Shown: piece by piece, positions 62,191 through 64,000 of the stretch
Numbering within the stretch: the first letter of the stretch is position 1
Layout: the number at the start of each line of letters is the position of its first letter
NCBI RefSeq assembly: GCF_020745735.1
Contig: NC_083415.1
Coordinates: 21,469,731 to 21,533,730 of the forward strand
Origin: Hemiscyllium ocellatum
Lineage: Eukaryota
Reading direction: 5' to 3'
DNA length: 64,000 nt
The notes under the pieces: generated by a model
Seen by the model: only the letters and a program-made list of their open reading frames with translations
Told to the model about the DNA's origin: nothing
Databases searched by the model: none
Made by a program: the position numbers and the translations under genes

Positions 62191-62947
62191 ATTTTTAAAA
62201 AATGTATGCAACATACAAAATAGATTGATGCTATGGTTTGCCTTATAAAATAATATAACCGATGACTGAGGTTTGCGCACTTTGCTTTTGCTACCCTTGA
62301 TCGCGTGTACATTACCTCGCTACAGACATTGGATTAAGGGGCCAGTTCAAACACTCTTGTTTTGATGTTGACCCATTTCAAAGACCATGTTTGTGACAGG
62401 CAACTCCTGCTGCCTCTCCATCGCTGGGGTGTTACATCACACTGCAGAGCTGTGTTCCTGTACATGCAAGCTCAGTGCTTCTAGTGGGGTACAAACACAT
62501 AGCAATTTCTGGCTCACTGTTTCATTGACCAAAGCAGAAAAGATTACAGATTATGCTACTCTTTGCTAGCCAATGTAACATTTTGGCAACAACATGAAGC
62601 ATCAGTCTGTATGGAAGACTGATTCATTGAGATGAAATTATGTTGTTTTAAGCCTTTTCAGTTACAGAAAGAGAAAAGGAAAAATGAAATTATTATAATG
62701 ACTGTGATACTGCTACTAAAGGCAGAATGCATGAAGATGAATGTACTGACTTATAAATCCTGCAATGTAACAGGATGAAGCAGACACTTATTTTCTATAG
62801 GATTTTTCTTATAGGTTTTAGTCTTATGCAGAGCTTACAATTTTTATGGGAACATTTTGTATTTAATTGGAGCTGAAAACTGAATTGGTGAGATGTTTGT
62901 GTTAGAAAAATGGTCAGCACATTTTAATGTCAACTTCTGTGTTTCTG

Positions 62948-63265
62948 TGGATGGTATGGTGGCTCAGTGGTTAGGATGCTACCTCACAGCATCAGGGACC
63001 TGGGTTCATTCCACCTTTGGGTGACTGTCTGTATGGAGTTTGCACGTTCTTCCAGTGTCTGTGTGGGCTTCTACCAGATTTCCTCTCACAATCCAAAGAT
63101 GTGCAGGTTAGGTGGATTGGCCTTGCTAAATTACCCATAGTGTTCAGCGATGTGTAGGTTAGCTGTGGGATATGGTAGGAGGATGGGTCTGGGTGTGATG
63201 CTCTTTGGAGGATCAGTGTGGACTTGTTGGGCCAAATGGCCTACTTCCACACTGTAAGAATTCTA
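62948..63265 (+). mobile_element. HE1-type V-SINE (older)
   Basis: tggctcagtggttag…gggttca…ggagtttgcacgttct…ttgggccaaatggcct. Confidence 0.85.
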
Positions 63266-63394
63266 CATTTAAAAAGAAAATCTATAATCTATGTATTTAC
63301 CTTCACAAGGATCTATTGATCGACAAGCTGCCATGGTAATGCAACAATAGCCCCTTTCTGAACTACACGGTGTGTGTACTTTTACCCTGAGGAC

Positions 63395-63495
63395 AAGAGC
63401 AGTTCAAGAAGGCAGCCCATCACTAAAAGCAATTAAGGATGGACAATAATAGCTAGCCCAGCTAGTGACACTCACATCCCATGAACAATAAAAGA
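63395..63495 (+). mobile_element. LINE family 2 3' tail
   Basis: gcagttcaagaaggcagccca…ggacaataa…cacatcccatgaacaataaa. Confidence 0.7.
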
Positions 63496-64000
63496 AATTA
63501 TTGTCACAGCAGTAATATAGATAGCTAACATCACATATACATATTGTGCTTTCCCTATGCAAATGAGATTGCATTCCTACATGATATATTTGTGATGAGT
63601 GTCATATATATATGAAGTTGGTTATATTGTACTTTTGATGGAATGGAGTTCTGTTTTGTTTTATTGACAAGGTTTTGGAGATTGAATGAATTGCGAATTT
63701 CAACAAGATTGGAATTTTAGAGTCAAAGCTAAATGATTTCAATTTCATTTCACATTTGGTTGCTCAGGTTAATACATCACAGTTTCATTGCCATAAATTT
63801 GGCTAGTTCCTTAATATCTCTCGCTTTCTGTACTGCAAGTCAAAGAGAACCAAAGCATTACATCCTTCTGTTTTCTTTTGTTTAGACCAGATCAGCATTT
63901 TATTACCTTCATAACTTTTAATGAAAAATTAATGTACTTGGAGAAAATCAGTACAGGAATTAGGAGAGGTGTTGCAGAATATCAAGACATGCTGAATGAC

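Noticed and set aside
1-64000. Host protein-coding exons, CRISPR arrays, rRNA or prokaryotic systems
   Set aside because: No supportable exon chain, regular repeat-spacer array or operon-like ORF density; short exons could still be missed by eye

Overview
Eukaryotic non-coding DNA, AT-rich and CpG-depleted. It is almost certainly from a cartilaginous fish (shark), based on HE1/V-type tRNA SINEs, Deu-domain SINEs and HER1-like CR1 LINEs. I found no intact host protein-coding gene, and most ORF-track entries are transposon debris or microsatellite artefacts. The window is a nested transposon graveyard: two CR1-clade LINE families, an L2 relic, three SINE families, Gypsy gag/pol relics, probable solo LTRs, a PIF/Harbinger relic and many Penelope-like element (PLE) pieces. 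The most striking signal is a set of at least seven minimal type I hammerhead ribozyme (HHR) motifs in PLE terminal repeats of three families. Several occur as short non-coding cassettes flanked by target-site duplications (TSDs) or as fold-back cassettes. The best example is 2145-2370: a near-perfect 95-bp hairpin carrying back-to-back ribozymes, with a 15-bp TSD. Only one copy (2242-2275) keeps an intact catalytic core; most others are hit at the same core CpG. Family names come from motif recognition, not database searches, and the boundaries of old elements are approximate.
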